Below, piece after piece: positions 42,649 through 51,965 of a DNA stretch of 64,000 bases (the first letter of the stretch is position 1; every line of letters starts with the position of its first letter). Both the position numbers and the translations under genes were made by a program. The DNA is from Pyrinomonadaceae bacterium. GTDB lineage: Bacteria; Acidobacteriota; Blastocatellia; Pyrinomonadales; Pyrinomonadaceae. Location of the stretch: positions 3,097 to 67,096 of the forward strand of contig JBJXFZ010000072.1 in the NCBI GenBank assembly GCA_046154245.1, written 5' to 3'. The notes under the pieces are model-generated. The model made no database searches and was not told the origin of the DNA. It saw nothing but the letters and a program-made list of their open reading frames with translations.

Positions 42649-44520
42649 ATGTTTGACGAGAATTTTGATGTGATAGTGATCGGTGCGGGACACGCAGGCT
42701 GTGAGGCCGCGTCTGCCTCGGCGCGTCTCGGCGCCGAAACCGCGCTGGTCACGATCAATCTCGATCTTATCGGGCAGATGTCGTGTAATCCGGCCGTTGG
42801 CGGCATTGCAAAAGGTCACGTCGTGCGCGAGATCGATGCGCTCGGCGGCATCATGGGCCGCGTGATCGATCGCACCGGAATTCAATTTCGGCTTTTGAAT
42901 CGCTCTCGCGGGCCGGCGGTTCAGTCACCACGCGCCCAGGCCGATCGAAGTCTGTACCGAACAGAGATGCGCCGGGTACTCGAAGCGACGCCAAATCTAC
43001 ATCTTCGCCAGGGCGTCGTGATTGACCTAATTGTTGACGATAAAAGAGTTATTGGCGTTGAGATGCAGGATACACGTCGGTTTGGCGCAAAAGCCGTCGT
43101 TGTCGCAACCGGAACATTTTTGAACGGCATGATCCATGCCGGACGGCAGACATTCTCCGCAGGTCGCGCCGGCGAACCGGCGTCAATCGAATTAGCCGAG
43201 AGTCTGAAGAAGCTTGGGTTTCCTGTCGGCAGGCTCAAAACCGGTACACCGCCCCGGCTCGATGGACGGACAATTGACTGGGATGCATTCGAGCCTCAAC
43301 CACCTGACGAAAATCCCGTCGCCTTTTCGTTTGCTACCGAAAGGATCGAGCAGGATCAGATCCAGTGCTTCATTGGTTATACGAGCGATCGGCTTCATCG
43401 GGCGATTCGCGACAATTTGCATCAGTCGCCACTATATTCCGGCAAGATCAAAGGTGTAGGACCGCGCTACTGCCCGTCAATCGAAGACAAGGTCGTAAAA
43501 TTTGCCGACAAAGATCGTCATCAACTTTTTCTCGAGCCAGAGGGCCACAACACAAACGAAGTCTATCTGAACGGGTTCTCGACATCGCTGCCGTCGACGC
43601 TGCAGCAAGAACTGCTGCAAATGGTTCCGGGGTTTGAAAGCGTCAAGATCGTCCGGCCGGGCTACGCGATCGAGTATGATTTCGTCGATCCGCGTGAAAT
43701 GCGACCGACCATGGAATCGTCCCGACTGGACGGACTTTTCCTCGCGGGGCAGATAAACGGCACAACCGGTTACGAGGAGGCGGCCTGTCAGGGATTGATG
43801 GCCGGAATCAACGCGGCATGCTCGGTACAAGGCCGTAAATCCGTTATTTTGCAACGAGATGAGGCGTATATCGGCGTGCTCGCCGACGACCTGATCCGGC
43901 ACGGGGTAGATGAGCCGTACCGACTGTTTACTTCGCGGGCCGAGGCAAGACTCACACTGCGACACGATAATGCAGATCAGAGGCTTTCGCCGAAGGGGCG
44001 GGAGATCGGTCTGGTCGGAGATACTGACTGGGAGCGATTTAGCAAAAAGCGTGATCGAATTGCCGCTTTGCGAAACGCGCTTGATCAAACTCGATTCAAG
44101 CGCTCGTCGCCGGAATATGCTGCCGTTTCGCAGGTCGTCGGTGCCGATCTCGGTGATTCGATAAATTTGTCGCAACTGGCGATGAGACCGGGCGTTAAAA
44201 ACGATTTGATCCTCCGATTGTTGAATGATGAGGATGTCCGTGTATCTGAGCTTGAGACTGCGCTTGCCGATTCGCTTTATAGCGGTTATATCGAAAAACA
44301 GCGTGTGGCGACCGAGAGGGTAAATCACCACGATACATTGCGGGTGCCTGATAATTTTCAATTCAGGACGATCGGCGGGCTCTCAAACGAGATGGTAGAG
44401 CGGCTCGAACGTGCTCGTCCGCAGAATTTCGCACAGGTTCGCAACATAGCCGGATTAACGCCGGCGGCGCTTTCCTCGGTATTAGTTCACTTAACCGCCA
44501 GCCAAACCCAGACAAATTAG
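42649..44520 (+). CDS. mnmG: tRNA uridine-5-carboxymethylaminomethyl synthesis enzyme MnmG (GidA)
   Basis: 623 aa. FDVIVIGAGHAGCEAA, with a full-length GidA pattern. Confidence 0.95.
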   Translation: MFDENFDVIVIGAGHAGCEAASASARLGAETALVTINLDLIGQMSCNPAVGGIAKGHVVREIDALGGIMGRVIDRTGIQFRLLNRSRGPAVQSPRAQADRSLYRTEMRRVLEATPNLHLRQGVVIDLIVDDKRVIGVEMQDTRRFGAKAVVVATGTFLNGMIHAGRQTFSAGRAGEPASIELAESLKKLGFPVGRLKTGTPPRLDGRTIDWDAFEPQPPDENPVAFSFATERIEQDQIQCFIGYTSDRLHRAIRDNLHQSPLYSGKIKGVGPRYCPSIEDKVVKFADKDRHQLFLEPEGHNTNEVYLNGFSTSLPSTLQQELLQMVPGFESVKIVRPGYAIEYDFVDPREMRPTMESSRLDGLFLAGQINGTTGYEEAACQGLMAGINAACSVQGRKSVILQRDEAYIGVLADDLIRHGVDEPYRLFTSRAEARLTLRHDNADQRLSPKGREIGLVGDTDWERFSKKRDRIAALRNALDQTRFKRSSPEYAAVSQVVGADLGDSINLSQLAMRPGVKNDLILRLLNDEDVRVSELETALADSLYSGYIEKQRVATERVNHHDTLRVPDNFQFRTIGGLSNEMVERLERARPQNFAQVRNIAGLTPAALSSVLVHLTASQTQTN

Positions 44521-44522
44521 TT

Positions 44523-44542
44523 GATGTGGCACGTGCCACATC
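44523..44542. promoter_or_regulatory. parS: candidate variant parS site 1
   Basis: Perfect palindrome GATGTGGCACGTGCCACATC. The core TGTGGCACGTGCCACA matches TGTTTCACGTGAAACA at 12 of 16 positions, with symmetric changes. It lies about 90 nt upstream of parA. Confidence 0.5.
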
Positions 44543-44556
44543 GGATCTCGCCCTCG

Positions 44557-44578
44557 AAATGTGGCACGTACCACATTT
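44557..44578. promoter_or_regulatory. parS: candidate variant parS site 2
   Basis: AAATGTGGCACGTACCACATTT has the same core with one asymmetric position. It lies about 50 nt upstream of parA. Confidence 0.45.
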
Positions 44579-44629
44579 GTAACTAGCGATCTGCCGGTGC
44601 TCTGTGCTAATTTATAGAATCGTTTACAG

Positions 44630-45415
44630 ATGGGCAAGATAATCGCAGTCGCAAATCAAAAAGGCGGCGTGGGGAAAACAACCACGGCCGTAAACCTCGC
44701 CGCTGCGCTAGCCGGTGAGGACAGAAAGGTACTTCTTGTCGATGCTGATCCGCAGGCAAACGCCACATCGGGGGCCGGAATTGCACGAAATGTATCTCGC
44801 AAAACACTTTACGACGCTTTGGTGCTCGGCGAATCGCCCCGTGAAATGGTAATACCAACCGGCGTCCCAACGCTCTGGGTCCTGCCGTCAGACAAAAATC
44901 TTGCCGGGGCAGAGGTCGAGTTGGTCGAGACGGAAAATCGCCATTATGCCCTGAAAAACCTGTTGGCCAATGTAAAGGACTATTTTCATTACATCCTTAT
45001 TGATTGTCCTCCGTCGCTCGGTATCTTGACCGTAAACGGACTCACGGCCGCGGATTCGCTCCTGGTGCCGATCCAGTGTGAGTATTACGCTCTTGAGGGC
45101 GTGACCGAGCTTTTTGACACGCTTGCGAGACTCCGACGCGAACTAAACCCAAATTTGGCGATAGAGGGACTGTTGCTGACGATGTTTGACGAGCGTACAA
45201 ATCTCTCGACGGCGGTAGCGAAGGACCTTCGTGATTTTTATGGTTCGCAGGTACTGGAAACCGTAATTCCCCGGAATGTCCGGCTTGCCGAGGCGCCGAG
45301 TTTTGGGCAGCCGATAATGATATATGACCCTAAATCACGTGGTGCAGAGAGCTACAACCAACTTGCAAAGGAGATACTAAGAAATGCCGAGACAGTCTCT
45401 GGGGCGCGGGCTTAG
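44630..45415 (+). CDS. parA: chromosome partitioning ATPase ParA/Soj
   Basis: 261 aa with the deviant Walker A NQKGGVGKTTT. Confidence 0.95.
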   Translation: MGKIIAVANQKGGVGKTTTAVNLAAALAGEDRKVLLVDADPQANATSGAGIARNVSRKTLYDALVLGESPREMVIPTGVPTLWVLPSDKNLAGAEVELVETENRHYALKNLLANVKDYFHYILIDCPPSLGILTVNGLTAADSLLVPIQCEYYALEGVTELFDTLARLRRELNPNLAIEGLLLTMFDERTNLSTAVAKDLRDFYGSQVLETVIPRNVRLAEAPSFGQPIMIYDPKSRGAESYNQLAKEILRNAETVSGARA

Positions 45416-46253
45416 CGCTCTTTTAGGTGAAGACAAAAATACTGCACCAACCATTGATGCCGAGATCGATATAGATCTGATCGACCCCAATCCGCAGCAA
45501 CCGCGTACGAGATTTGCCGAAAGCAATCTGGATGAGCTCGCTCAGTCGATACGTGCGAACGGTGTGGTTCAGCCAATTGTCGTTCGTCCAAAAGGATCGA
45601 GGTACGAGATCGTGGCCGGCGAGCGTCGTTGGCGGGCATCGCAAAAGGCTGAATTAAGGAGAATTCCGGCGGTTGTAAAGCAAGTTTCGGATGATAAATT
45701 GCTCGAGCTGGCCCTCGTCGAGAATATCCAGCGCCAGGAACTGAACCCCATCGAGGAAGCAAAGGCCTACCGCAAACTTATTGATAACATTGGACTTACG
45801 CAGGATTTGGTTGCGGAGCGGGTGGGCAAATCCCGCACCATCGTCACCACCGCGATGCGTTTGTTAAAGCTCCCTGATGAGGTCCAAAAGGACCTTGAAG
45901 AAGGACGGCTATCGGCGGGACATGGCCGAGCATTGCTGATGACCGACGATCCGAAACTTCAGAGGTCGATCGCTAAGGCGGTTATCGACCGAGGCCTTTC
46001 AGTTCGAGAGACAGAACAGGCTGTGAAGAAAGGCGGAGCCGGAGCCGTGAAGGCAGTGAAGGCCACCATCACGAGGTCCGTTGATCCAAATGTAAAAGTC
46101 GCCGAGACAAAGCTAATGCGAACGCTAAGCACAAACGTGAAAATCCTTCCGGCAAAAAAAGGACAAGGCGGCAAGATCGAAATCGAGTACTACGGAGTCG
46201 ATGATCTGAATCGAATTTACGACGTAATTCTTAATAATAAAGGAGTTAACTAG
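45384..46253 (+). CDS. parB: chromosome partitioning protein ParB/Spo0J
   Basis: 289 aa. Motifs GRGLSALL, IVAGERRWRAS and LVENIQRQELNPIEEA. Confidence 0.95.
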   Translation: MPRQSLGRGLSALLGEDKNTAPTIDAEIDIDLIDPNPQQPRTRFAESNLDELAQSIRANGVVQPIVVRPKGSRYEIVAGERRWRASQKAELRRIPAVVKQVSDDKLLELALVENIQRQELNPIEEAKAYRKLIDNIGLTQDLVAERVGKSRTIVTTAMRLLKLPDEVQKDLEEGRLSAGHGRALLMTDDPKLQRSIAKAVIDRGLSVRETEQAVKKGGAGAVKAVKATITRSVDPNVKVAETKLMRTLSTNVKILPAKKGQGGKIEIEYYGVDDLNRIYDVILNNKGVN

Positions 46254-47273
46254 ATGTCAAAGCGTTTGACGGAAATGGTAAGCTGCGCGGGTTGAGTGGC
46301 TAAACTCGCCCCGAGCGACCTTGCTCAAGTTTTGAGCAAACTTCCGCCACAGAATAGCGAGAATGTGATCGTCGGATTTGAAAATTCGGACGACGCGGGT
46401 GTGTTTCGCCTATCTGACGATCTGGCGCTTGTGCAGACGGTCGATTTTTTCACTCCTGTCGCCGACGATCCTGAAGTTTACGGCCGCGTCGCCGCGCTCA
46501 ACTCGCTGAATGACGTCTACGCAATGGGCGGAACACCGATAAGTGCTTTGTCTATAGTATGTTACCCTCAAAAGGGCGACTGGGATGTACTCGGCCAGAT
46601 TCTCTTGGGTGGCCAAAAAGCGATGACCGAGGCCGGCGTCGTCGTGATCGGCGGACACTCGGTTGACGATCAGGAGATGAAATTTGGCTATGCCGTTACC
46701 GGCGTCATCGATCCGAAAAGGGTTATCACGAACGCGGGTTCCGTCGCCGGAGATGTCTTGGTACTGACAAAACCGATCGGCACAGGAGCGATCAACACCG
46801 CGGTAAAGAAAGGTGCCGCAAGGCCTGAGGCCGAGGCGGCTGCCATCAAGGCGATGACAACATCGGCGGCCGCGGCGTCAAAAGCAATGGTCGCGGCGGA
46901 CGCAAATTCGTGCACGGATGTGACGGGTTTTGGTCTTCTCGGTCATGCCTATGAGATGGCAAAGGCGAGCAACGTAACGCTGCAGATCGATTCGTCTCGA
47001 GTTCCTCTTTTGCCGGACGTGTTGGAGTTGATCTCACAAGGAATGTTGACGCGAGGCGACAAGAATAATCGCGTCTATGTCGGCGAGACGGTTAAGATCG
47101 ACAGCAGTGTCTCAGGCGAGATGCAAAGCGCGTTGTTCGACCCGCAAACCGCCGGTGGTTTGCTGATAACTTTTCCGGAGGAAAATGCGGCGAGGTTTTT
47201 GACAGAAATACCTGACGCGATTTTGATCGGACGTGTCGTCGAGCGCGGCGAACATTTTATTGAGGTGAGTTAA
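46254..47273 (+). CDS. selD: selenide, water dikinase SelD, selenocysteine-containing (in-frame UGA at 46293-46295)
   Basis: The track begins at GTG 46296, directly after an in-frame TGA. Extending to ATG 46254 gives MSKRLTEMVSCAG-U-VAKLAPSDL, which places U at the catalytic Cys17/Sec position of SelD (E. coli GAGCGCK). Downstream motifs are GGHSVDD, TKPIGTG and DVTGFGLLGH. Confidence 0.85.
46321..46339 (+). other. candidate bacterial SECIS hairpin
   Basis: TTGCTCAA-GTT-TTGAGCAA is a perfect 8-bp stem that starts about 25 nt after the UGA. Confidence 0.55.
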
Positions 47274-47669
47274 TTGTTTCTTTTCATTTTTGAATCGATC
47301 GGCACGTCCGAGCTTATCCTCGTCGGCATTGTTGCGCTGATCTTTCTCGGGCCGCGTCGCCTGCCCGAGATCGCGAAAAAGATCGGCAAGATCACGGCCG
47401 AGTTTCGCGGCACAGCCAACGAGTTTAAGGAAACGTGGAAGCGAGAGGTTGATTTCGAGGAAGAAGCTAAAGTATTTGACCTCAATAGTTTAGAAGCGGA
47501 AACCGAGGCCGGTAAGCCCGAGTTGCCGTTAGCAGCTTCAACGAAACCTGTCGAGAGTCCGACGATCAAAGAGGTAGATGCATCCGCCTTTGAAAATCTA
47601 AAACCAACAGAACCCGATAAAATAGAATCACCGACCGAGATCGCAAACGACAAAATAAACTGGCTCTAG
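47274..47669 (+). CDS. tatA: twin-arginine translocase TatA/TatB family protein
   Basis: 131 aa with a TTG start directly after the selD stop. GTSELILVGIVALIFLGPRRLPEIAKKIGK is canonical. Confidence 0.85.
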   Translation: MFLFIFESIGTSELILVGIVALIFLGPRRLPEIAKKIGKITAEFRGTANEFKETWKREVDFEEEAKVFDLNSLEAETEAGKPELPLAASTKPVESPTIKEVDASAFENLKPTEPDKIESPTEIANDKINWL

Positions 47670-47672
47670 TCG

Positions 47673-48728
47673 ATGGAAGATTTGGATAAAGAAACTGAAC
47701 AGCAAGCCGGCGGTCAGATGTCGTTTCTCGAACATCTCGACGAGTTGCGCAAACGGCTCGTCAACTCGGTCATTATCATCGTTATTGCATTCGTCGTTTG
47801 CTTTGCTTTTTCGGATGAGATCTTTGCTTTTCTCGAAGTGCCGGTTCGCCGCGCATTGTCCGAAGCGCAGCGGCGCGAAGTCCCGGTGACGGGACTTACC
47901 GGCGATGAGCGAGTGCTCCCGCTCAACACTCTGAAAGAAGGCGACCGAGGACGGTTCGTTTTTTCAGAGTCGACTAAATTGGGCACGGGTGTGATCCAGC
48001 CCGGCGGATCGGTTGACTCGGTCGTTGTCCGTGACACCGACGGAGAGCTTTCGTTGTTTACGGACGAGCCTATCTACACAAGTACCGCGGTGATACCAAA
48101 GGGGGTTCGGCTACCGGTAAAGCTCGGCCAGGATGTGAGCTCCGAACTTAGCGACGAAAAGCTGATCGTCACCACGGCTCAGGAATCATTTACTCTTTTT
48201 GTGACCGTCTCGCTATATTCCGCGATCGCTGTTTCGATACCACTGCTTCTGATACAGGTATGGGGTTTTATCGCACCGGCACTTTATCGGCACGAGCGAG
48301 CCTATGTGGTGCCCTTCGTGCTGCTCTCAAGCATTTCGTTTGTCGGCGGCGCCGCGTTTGCCTATTACATTCTCTTTCCGCCGGCTGTCGGTTATTTGCT
48401 CGGCCTGGCTGAGGAATTTAGGCCACTTCTGCGTGCGACAGACTACTTCGATCTGATAACTCTGATCATGTTGGCGATGGGACTGATCTTTCAAATGCCA
48501 GCAATTACCTATGTTTTGAGCCGGATCGGTATTATTTCGGCTAGCTTCCTGATCAAAAGCTGGAAGCTCGCCCTCGTTATTATTTTGATCGTCGCAGCGG
48601 TGGTCTCACCGACCGGCGATATACCAAACCTGCTGCTGTTTGCGACGCCGATGATGGTGCTTTATCTCGTTTCGATCTTTATCGCATGGCTGTTTGGCAA
48701 AAAGCGGCGAAGCGAGGCGTCTGCCTAG
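47673..48728 (+). CDS. tatC: twin-arginine translocase subunit TatC, with an enlarged first periplasmic loop
   Basis: 351 aa. Motifs MSFLEHLDELRKRL, QVWGFIAPALYRHER and SPTGDIPN. Confidence 0.9.
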   Translation: MEDLDKETEQQAGGQMSFLEHLDELRKRLVNSVIIIVIAFVVCFAFSDEIFAFLEVPVRRALSEAQRREVPVTGLTGDERVLPLNTLKEGDRGRFVFSESTKLGTGVIQPGGSVDSVVVRDTDGELSLFTDEPIYTSTAVIPKGVRLPVKLGQDVSSELSDEKLIVTTAQESFTLFVTVSLYSAIAVSIPLLLIQVWGFIAPALYRHERAYVVPFVLLSSISFVGGAAFAYYILFPPAVGYLLGLAEEFRPLLRATDYFDLITLIMLAMGLIFQMPAITYVLSRIGIISASFLIKSWKLALVIILIVAAVVSPTGDIPNLLLFATPMMVLYLVSIFIAWLFGKKRRSEASA

Positions 48729-48845
48729 ACAGGCCAAAGCAACCAACAACTAGCCAAAATCATCTTGAAAAATAGTAGTTTACTGTCTAAAATCAAGCAT
48801 TTGGATAAGGTTGAGTAGTTTTCATGAGCGGTAGGAGTTTTTCTT

Positions 48846-50486
48846 ATGTCCAGAAGTAGATCTATCAAGGTCGCATTGTTATCGGTTTTTGTTTTGACGT
48901 TGGCCACGCTTGGCGTTATCGCGCAGCCACCCGACAAAAACAACAAGCCAAGCGAAGACCCGACCGACAAGGCGCGCGTTGTTAAGCCCGAGCTTAAGAA
49001 CGTTTATAAGAAATGGCTCGATAATGACGTTGCATACATCATCACCAACGAGGAGAAGAAGGCCTTCAAAGCGCTGGCGACGGACGAGGAGCGCGAGAAT
49101 TTCATTGAAAACTTTTGGCGCCGCCGCGACCCAAATCCCGACACTGAAGAAAACGAATACCGCGAAGAATATTACGAACGCATCGCCTACGCTAACGAGC
49201 ATTTCACGTCCGGGATTCCCGGCTGGAAGACCGACCGCGGCCGCATTTATATTGCCCATGGCAAACCTGACTCAATCGAGTCCCACCCGTCCGGCGGATC
49301 GTATGATCGGCCGAGTCACGAGGGTGGCGGGTCGACAACGACATATCCGTTTGAGATCTGGTTTTACAGACACCTTGATGGGATCGGCGACGGTCTTGAG
49401 ATCGAATTTGTCGACCCGACAGGGACAGGCGAATATCGCCTTGCACGTGATGCGAATGAAAAGGACGCTCTGAAATTTGTTCCCAATGCAGGACTGACCA
49501 CCGCTGAGTCACTCGGCCTCGCGGATAAGGCAGATCGAATTGCGGGTACCGGCGGCGCAAGGCAAAACTATCAGCGCGAACAGGACTCGCCATTCCGCAG
49601 ACTTGAGATCCAGACCGGTTTGATGAGACCGCCGTCGGTTAAGTTTGGCGACCTGCAGGGTCTCGCTGGCGGTGATTCGGCGAGCATATTAGACAAGGAC
49701 CCGGTCGATTTTGATCTTCGTGTTGATTTTTTCCGTCAGTCGGATGACCGCGTGATAACAGCTTTTACGATCCAGACCACAAACAAGGAACTGCAGTTCG
49801 AGGAAGTCGGCGGTCTCAAACAGGCGACGATGAACATCTTCGGCCGCATTACGGCAGTGTCCGGCAAACGCTCCGGCATATTCGAAGATTCCGTCACCGC
49901 CACCGCGACGACCGAGGAGTTGAACGAAGCTCGTGATAGAAAATCGGTTTATCAAAAGGCGATCGCTCTTACGCCCGGAACCTACAAGGTTGATGTCGTC
50001 GTTCGCGATGTCGGCACGGGTAATCGTGGCATTCGCAATCTCGGTTTTGTCGTACCCAGGTATGACGAGAAAAAACTCTCGACCTCGTCGCTTATCATGG
50101 CCTCGAAACTTCGTGTCACAAACGAACGCGACATCGGTCAGCAGTTTGTGATCGGCAACGCGAAGGTCATTCCAAATCTGACCGGCATTTACAAACAAGG
50201 GCAGGAAGTCGGTCTCTACATGCAGGTTTACAACGCCGGCATCGATCAGACGACACTACGACCGGCCGTGGATGTCGATTATGTTCTGACACGAGACGGT
50301 AAAGAACTGCTGCGACAGAAAGAGGACTGGAGCGGATTGAGCGACTCGGGACAACGTCTTACGCTCGCCCGTCTTTTGCCGACGACGGGATTAACACTCG
50401 GTGATTACGAGCTGAAGGTTTTGGTCAAGGACCGCGTAGGCGGACAGGTGATCGAGAACAAAGGTAAGTTTACGATCACTCAGTAA
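48846..50486 (+). CDS. GWxTD domain-containing secreted protein
   Basis: 546 aa with a signal peptide and GWKTDRGRIYIAHGKPDSIESHP. Confidence 0.8.
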   Translation: MSRSRSIKVALLSVFVLTLATLGVIAQPPDKNNKPSEDPTDKARVVKPELKNVYKKWLDNDVAYIITNEEKKAFKALATDEERENFIENFWRRRDPNPDTEENEYREEYYERIAYANEHFTSGIPGWKTDRGRIYIAHGKPDSIESHPSGGSYDRPSHEGGGSTTTYPFEIWFYRHLDGIGDGLEIEFVDPTGTGEYRLARDANEKDALKFVPNAGLTTAESLGLADKADRIAGTGGARQNYQREQDSPFRRLEIQTGLMRPPSVKFGDLQGLAGGDSASILDKDPVDFDLRVDFFRQSDDRVITAFTIQTTNKELQFEEVGGLKQATMNIFGRITAVSGKRSGIFEDSVTATATTEELNEARDRKSVYQKAIALTPGTYKVDVVVRDVGTGNRGIRNLGFVVPRYDEKKLSTSSLIMASKLRVTNERDIGQQFVIGNAKVIPNLTGIYKQGQEVGLYMQVYNAGIDQTTLRPAVDVDYVLTRDGKELLRQKEDWSGLSDSGQRLTLARLLPTTGLTLGDYELKVLVKDRVGGQVIENKGKFTITQ

Positions 50487-50513
50487 AACGATAATTAGTT
50501 AGTTGATTTTTGA

Positions 50514-50547
50514 AAGGCGTCGTGTAGTAACGACGCCTTAATTTTTG
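50514..50547. terminator. candidate bidirectional intrinsic terminator between convergent genes
   Basis: AAGGCGTCG-TGTAGTAA-CGACGCCTT is followed by AATTTTTG and preceded by an A/T-rich run. Confidence 0.6.
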
Positions 50548-51488
50548 CGTTTTGCTTCGATAACAGGAGAATTGCGGCCTTCGCTGGTCGCAAAGATCGA
50601 CGAGCCGCTCGCGCTGTAGCACACGGATTCTCCGCCCTTTCGTCTTCCGAGATCGATATTCGATGGCGTCTGTTTCCAGATCTCTTCAAAGCTAGTTTCG
50701 TTGTCCGGCAGCGACCACTCGTAGGCTTGCGAGTAATCGCAGATCACCATTCGCCTGCCATCAGGAGAAATATCGCCACCGGTCACAAAGCCGTTTGGTA
50801 TCGACGGAACTGATATTTCGGGCATTTTTTCGGCCCGCTGGACGTCGGCGCCTCCAAAGTTAGGCTTCACACGATAAACGCCCGCTGGGCCGGTTACGCG
50901 TTTTGTGACGACATAAATATCGCCGGATCGTGGTTCAACCATTAGGGTTTCGGCGTCCTGTTCGAAATCCGGATAAACAAATCGAACAGTCTCAACTGTG
51001 TCTATACCCAGGGACTTTTTTCTGGTCGCGAGAAGTGTCGTGTCCGAAATTGTCGGTTCGGCCACGCGATAGACCTTGCGCTCGCGCCGACTAAGCTTGT
51101 TGTCGCCGATCTCGCCGATATACAAGAAGCACTTGCCTGCCTTGTCCTTGTAAGCGGCGATATCCTCCCAATCGTCGTTTTCGATATTTGCGATGCGCCA
51201 TGTACCTTTGTTATTGCCCTCGAGATCAAGCGCATAGATATAGGCGTCGTCGCCCGAGTCGTTATGCGTCCACAAAATGCCTTGCTGGCATCGCGAAGCG
51301 GCGAGTCCGCTGCTCTCGTCGATGTCGGACGACTTTATTTTGCCGACGATCTTGGGCGACTCGTACGACGAGTCCGCAGCGTTTAGCTTTGGATTTGTCG
51401 AGACATGTGCGCACGATGACAGGTAAAAAACAGACACGCCCGCGAGTATGACAAAGCAGGTGATTTTAGCTATAGTTTTGAACAGCAT
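50538..51488 (-). CDS. hypothetical lipoprotein, probably beta-propeller-like
   Basis: 316 aa with lipobox LSSC. Recurrent motifs SSGLA, HNDSGD, DWEDIA and IGEIGDN. The family was not confidently recognised. Confidence 0.5.
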   Translation of the reverse strand: MLFKTIAKITCFVILAGVSVFYLSSCAHVSTNPKLNAADSSYESPKIVGKIKSSDIDESSGLAASRCQQGILWTHNDSGDDAYIYALDLEGNNKGTWRIANIENDDWEDIAAYKDKAGKCFLYIGEIGDNKLSRRERKVYRVAEPTISDTTLLATRKKSLGIDTVETVRFVYPDFEQDAETLMVEPRSGDIYVVTKRVTGPAGVYRVKPNFGGADVQRAEKMPEISVPSIPNGFVTGGDISPDGRRMVICDYSQAYEWSLPDNETSFEEIWKQTPSNIDLGRRKGGESVCYSASGSSIFATSEGRNSPVIEAKRKN

Positions 51489-51572
51489 ACAGAACGTATT
51501 TCTACATTATAACGTAAGAAAAAGTGTACGCGTCATTACGCAGATTTGTTCTTTCACGAGTACGAGTTACAG

Positions 51573-51965
51573 ATGATAGTCGGAACCGAATGGTTGATCG
51601 AGGCAACAGGGTGTGAAGCAGCCGCATTGCGCGATGAAGTTGCGATTCAAACACTGATGTCGCACGTCGTTGACGATCTCGGCCTTAAGACCGTCGGTTC
51701 AGTCTGGCATAAATTCGAAGGCGAGGGCGGCGTTACGGGTCTCATCGCTCTCACCGAATCACACCTTGCTTGTCACACATATCCCGAACACGGCGTCGCG
51801 ACATTTAATCTTTATTGCTGCCAAGCCAGACCCGTTTGGAACTGGGAAAAGCAGCTTAGGTTACGTCTTGGCGCGACCGACGTGACCGTGACCCAAATTG
51901 TTCGAGGCTCACGCGAGATGGGCGGATCAAGCGCGATCAGTTTTGGAGTTGGAGGCCGCGGATGA
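51573..51965 (+). CDS. speH: S-adenosylmethionine decarboxylase proenzyme (SpeH/class 1, pyruvoyl)
   Basis: GVTGLIALTESHLACHTYPEHG contains the ES self-cleavage site and the HTxPE motif. ATG 51573 is preferred to the track's TTG at 51546. Confidence 0.8.
   Translation: MIVGTEWLIEATGCEAAALRDEVAIQTLMSHVVDDLGLKTVGSVWHKFEGEGGVTGLIALTESHLACHTYPEHGVATFNLYCCQARPVWNWEKQLRLRLGATDVTVTQIVRGSREMGGSSAISFGVGGRG

Noticed and set aside
42409-42885. A 158-aa minus-strand ORF spanning the mnmG start region.
   Set aside because: It overlaps the mnmG 5' end antisense. Its composition is Arg-rich, and nothing in its surroundings supports a gene.
43477-44361. A 294-aa ORF antisense to mnmG.
   Set aside because: It is completely nested in the highly conserved mnmG coding region. 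It has no motifs and no SD.
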